64,000 nucleotides of DNA from Podarcis pityusensis. Its lineage: Eukaryota. Positions 61,022-64,000 of this stretch are shown here, piece by piece. The stretch lies in assembly GCA_964106645.2 (NCBI GenBank), contig OZ067044.1, one strand, 5' to 3'. How positions within the stretch are numbered: the first letter of the stretch is position 1; the number at the start of each line of letters is the position of its first letter. A model generated the notes under the pieces. It did not search any database and was not told the origin of the DNA. It saw nothing but the letters and a program-made list of their open reading frames with translations. A program made the translations under genes and the position numbers.

Positions 61022-64000
61022 ATATTTTCTTTAATAGTGGATTCATATTGTGTTTTGTGTGTGTGTTGAACTAATGCAAAACTTCCAGCTACACTGTAGC
61101 AAAGAGATCCTTTCCTCTTCCAAATACTCGCAGTGTTAAAAGTACCCCTTTAAAAGGTTGATATAAATACGTTACTCAGCAAATGCTAAAATATTGTATA
61201 CTGTGACTTTTTAAGTCTATGTTATCAGATCTATATGCACATGTGTGTCATCTTTTAACATGTGCAGCCTCGAAATCTGTTTAACACTCCCGGTCAAGCA
61301 AATGCATGTTTAAACACAAATTCATTGGCTTTGTTTTTAAAAAAATCATAGGACTGTATTATTGACTTCTCCAGTGCTGCACCTCTCCTGGCATAGCAGA
61401 CTTCTGTGTGTGCAGTGGAGCTTCCCTTTCCTCTCCGTCTCCTCCAGCCCCCACATGCCCTCTGAATCAGCTCTGAAGGGCTAGGGGACCCCAGAACAGA
61501 TTTTGGATGAGGAAGGAGGTCCTACTCACTGTGCTAGCAGAAACCCACTGGTGCAGCATTGGATATAGCCCTAAATACAGAATCTGTTAGGTGAGTTCTC
61601 TAAGGCAGAGATGCTCAAACTGCATTCCAGGAACCATTGGGAGTCTTTGGGGGGTCTGTTGCAGGTTCTTCCGCTGGAGGTTCTTCCTTAACAACATTAG
61701 TGATGGCAAATTAACTTCTGTGATGGCTTGTCCACCACCTCCAGTCCTCTGCAATGTGCCGCCAAAGAAGTGCTGGAGATTTCTTCAGTTGGAATCTCTG
61801 TTAATATGGGGCAATGGCAACAGCCAACAAGCCTGGTGAATGTTCTGCATGAACAGATTCAAACAGAAATCAAACATTGCTCTGTCTCTAGATTGCCACC
61901 TTTACAATTTCCCCTCCTCCAGGTCACATCCCAGCCAACTCTAAAAACTCACTGCTTCTGACTCTAAGCTCTGGCTTTATCTTGTAACTAGGTAACTCTG
62001 AGTTGAGGGAGGGGTCCCAACCATTTGTTGTCTCACACCAAGTCCTCTGGATGGCTCACCCCGTAGGCTCATGAGGAAGTTAGCCTGGATTAATTAGCTA
62101 TTAACACTTGGCTTAATTAAAGGATTAGAAGTGTCTAGCACACAGTATAATACACACAGGTCTGGCTATTTCCCAGTTTTAGCACCCCAAGCCTTAATTA
62201 AATTCTAGCAGCTACTGGACCCAGGAATTTAGGGGGTTTAGCACCCACAAACTCATTACACTATGTTTCTTTTGTTGGTCTTTTCTCAAAAATAGAGTGA
62301 AATGGTTTATTTCATGTCTCCTTACCTTAGAGGCCTCCCTGCACTGTTTCCTTATTTCCTTTTCTACTTTCCTAATCACAAGTCTCTCTGCTATTCCTCT
62401 CTTTCCCATCCTGTAAGGCTGTGACTCCTAACTTGCCTCCTTTTGCTGACTCCAGCGTGCCAATCCCCTCCCTTTCCCCCCTCTCTTTTTCTTGCATTGC
62501 CCCAAAGGTATCTTGCATCCCATCTCTGAAATCCCTCACTTACTTTCTTCAATCTTTATTTCTCTTTTTGTTTCACTACTTTTTTAATTGAATTCAGTAT
62601 CAAGAGCCCCTCTCTCATTGTGTTCAATAGCAAGAGCACACAGATCTTTTACTCTCTCAAGCAATTTGCCTGCTGAGAAACTCTCAGATGTCCCTGTGTG
62701 TCTAATAGGGTGGGAGAAGAGGAGAGACTGACAGATAGGAAAAACTGCATCAGCTCTGCCAGATATCTCTGAAAACGGGGATGTTGGGCAGTGAAGACAT
62801 TGTAAGCTGGACAACATGCTCCATGTCCAATTTCAAAGGGCTTGGAAGACCCTTAAATGCTCATCGTACAAAGCTGATAAATGGTTATTTTGGATTAAGC
62901 AGTTGGCTGTGCAGATCTACTGTAAAGAATGAAATGATTACAATTCTTAGACTATTTTTTTGCAATTTGTTTCCTTCAATATCCTTCCAAGTGTTTGACT
63001 TCCACTTGCTACCAGATTCCTCAGTGGCCTAGATCACAAAACAAGACACCTGTGCTGATTGCAAGTGCTTTCTCATCTTGTATGTAAACAGTGGTGTATC
63101 GCGGGGGGCCCACAGGGGCTGTTCCCCCGGGCACAAAACTCTTAAGGATGCAAAATTTCTGCTCATTTGTCTGACTTCCTTGAAATCACCACAGCAGCAC
63201 CTGTGACCAGGACTACAGAGTGCCAGCTCCACCAGCCAATGGCAGAAGGAGCAGTGGTGGGGAATCACATGGTGTGTTTTTTAAGATTCACAGAGTCCAC
63301 CTTCAAAATACTAAGCAGCTATTACACCAAAATATATACCCCTGCATATTTTGTGATTCTAATGAGCACTAAGTCTGAGAAGGCCACAATAGTGTTGGTA
63401 TCGTATCACGAAAAGCAATAGCTTAAGAAGTGCAATATTGCTTGAGATATCACAAGTGACTGGTTAATGTTTTGACATGAAAGAACTGCACCCCCTAACT
63501 TGTGATGGAGTGGTACGAAAGATTTCCTGGATTTATGTATGTGTCATGAGGATTTAGATTTCTCTTTTCTATTGATGCAAGAATGCTCAAGGCAGCTGTG
63601 GCCAGCTGAAACAATTTTTTGAATTAGACACACACTTACTCTCAAGGTGGCTACTCGTTTGTAATTTCAATGAGCAAGCATCCATCAGATTTCCCAGCAG
63701 CTGTATATTTATTTATTTTAGTCACAGTGCTGATTATCTGACCTTGTTCAGTGTTTCTAAAATTGTTTCGGCTGTTATCTGTCTTAGCTTTGACATTTTC
63801 CCTGAAGTCAGTCCTTTTCTTTCAGAAAATGTAAAACTATGCAATATTTTTGCTAATGTAAGAGACCTTTTTTAAAAACAAACAAACACGATTACTACTT
63901 CTGCTGAAAGTGATCTAAATAAACGAAAAAACATTAATGAAGCTATGTTCTCATAGGAAACAAACACACATATTTGGACTATGAGAAAGGATACATTTGG

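Overview
Vertebrate genomic DNA from a squamate reptile. The Sauria SINE, BovB and MITE content suggests a lacertid lizard; this assignment is an inference. The window covers the MYOM1-MYL12-TGIF1 synteny block. It contains the 5' end of MYOM1 (myomesin-1) on the minus strand: a CArG/MEF2 promoter near 11.0 kb, a non-coding exon 1 and two coding exons, with the gene running off the left edge. It also contains one complete non-muscle myosin regulatory light chain gene (MYL12-type, 172 aa, + strand) and a complete TGIF1 gene (267 aa, + strand), both with CpG-island promoters. All coding exon boundaries were checked by hand for GT/AG and phase. A young, nearly full-length (~6.1 kb) L1-clade LINE with a few small indels lies between MYOM1 and MYL12, inserted into an old L2. 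Other repeats include five Sauria SINEs, eight TA-flanked Tc1/mariner-type MITEs, two hAT MITEs with 8-bp TSDs, a rearranged BovB insertion and CR1-tail elements. I found no convincing wholly new biological system. The best leads are: a BovB insertion with an inverted, distant 5' fragment; the L1 ORF1-endonuclease fusion; a repeat expansion in the MYOM1 head domain; a single MYL12 gene where humans have a MYL12A/MYL12B pair; divergent CTCF motifs around MYL12; a candidate antisense exon; and a candidate SMAD/TGIF autoregulatory element. Most short ORFs in the supplied track are noise.
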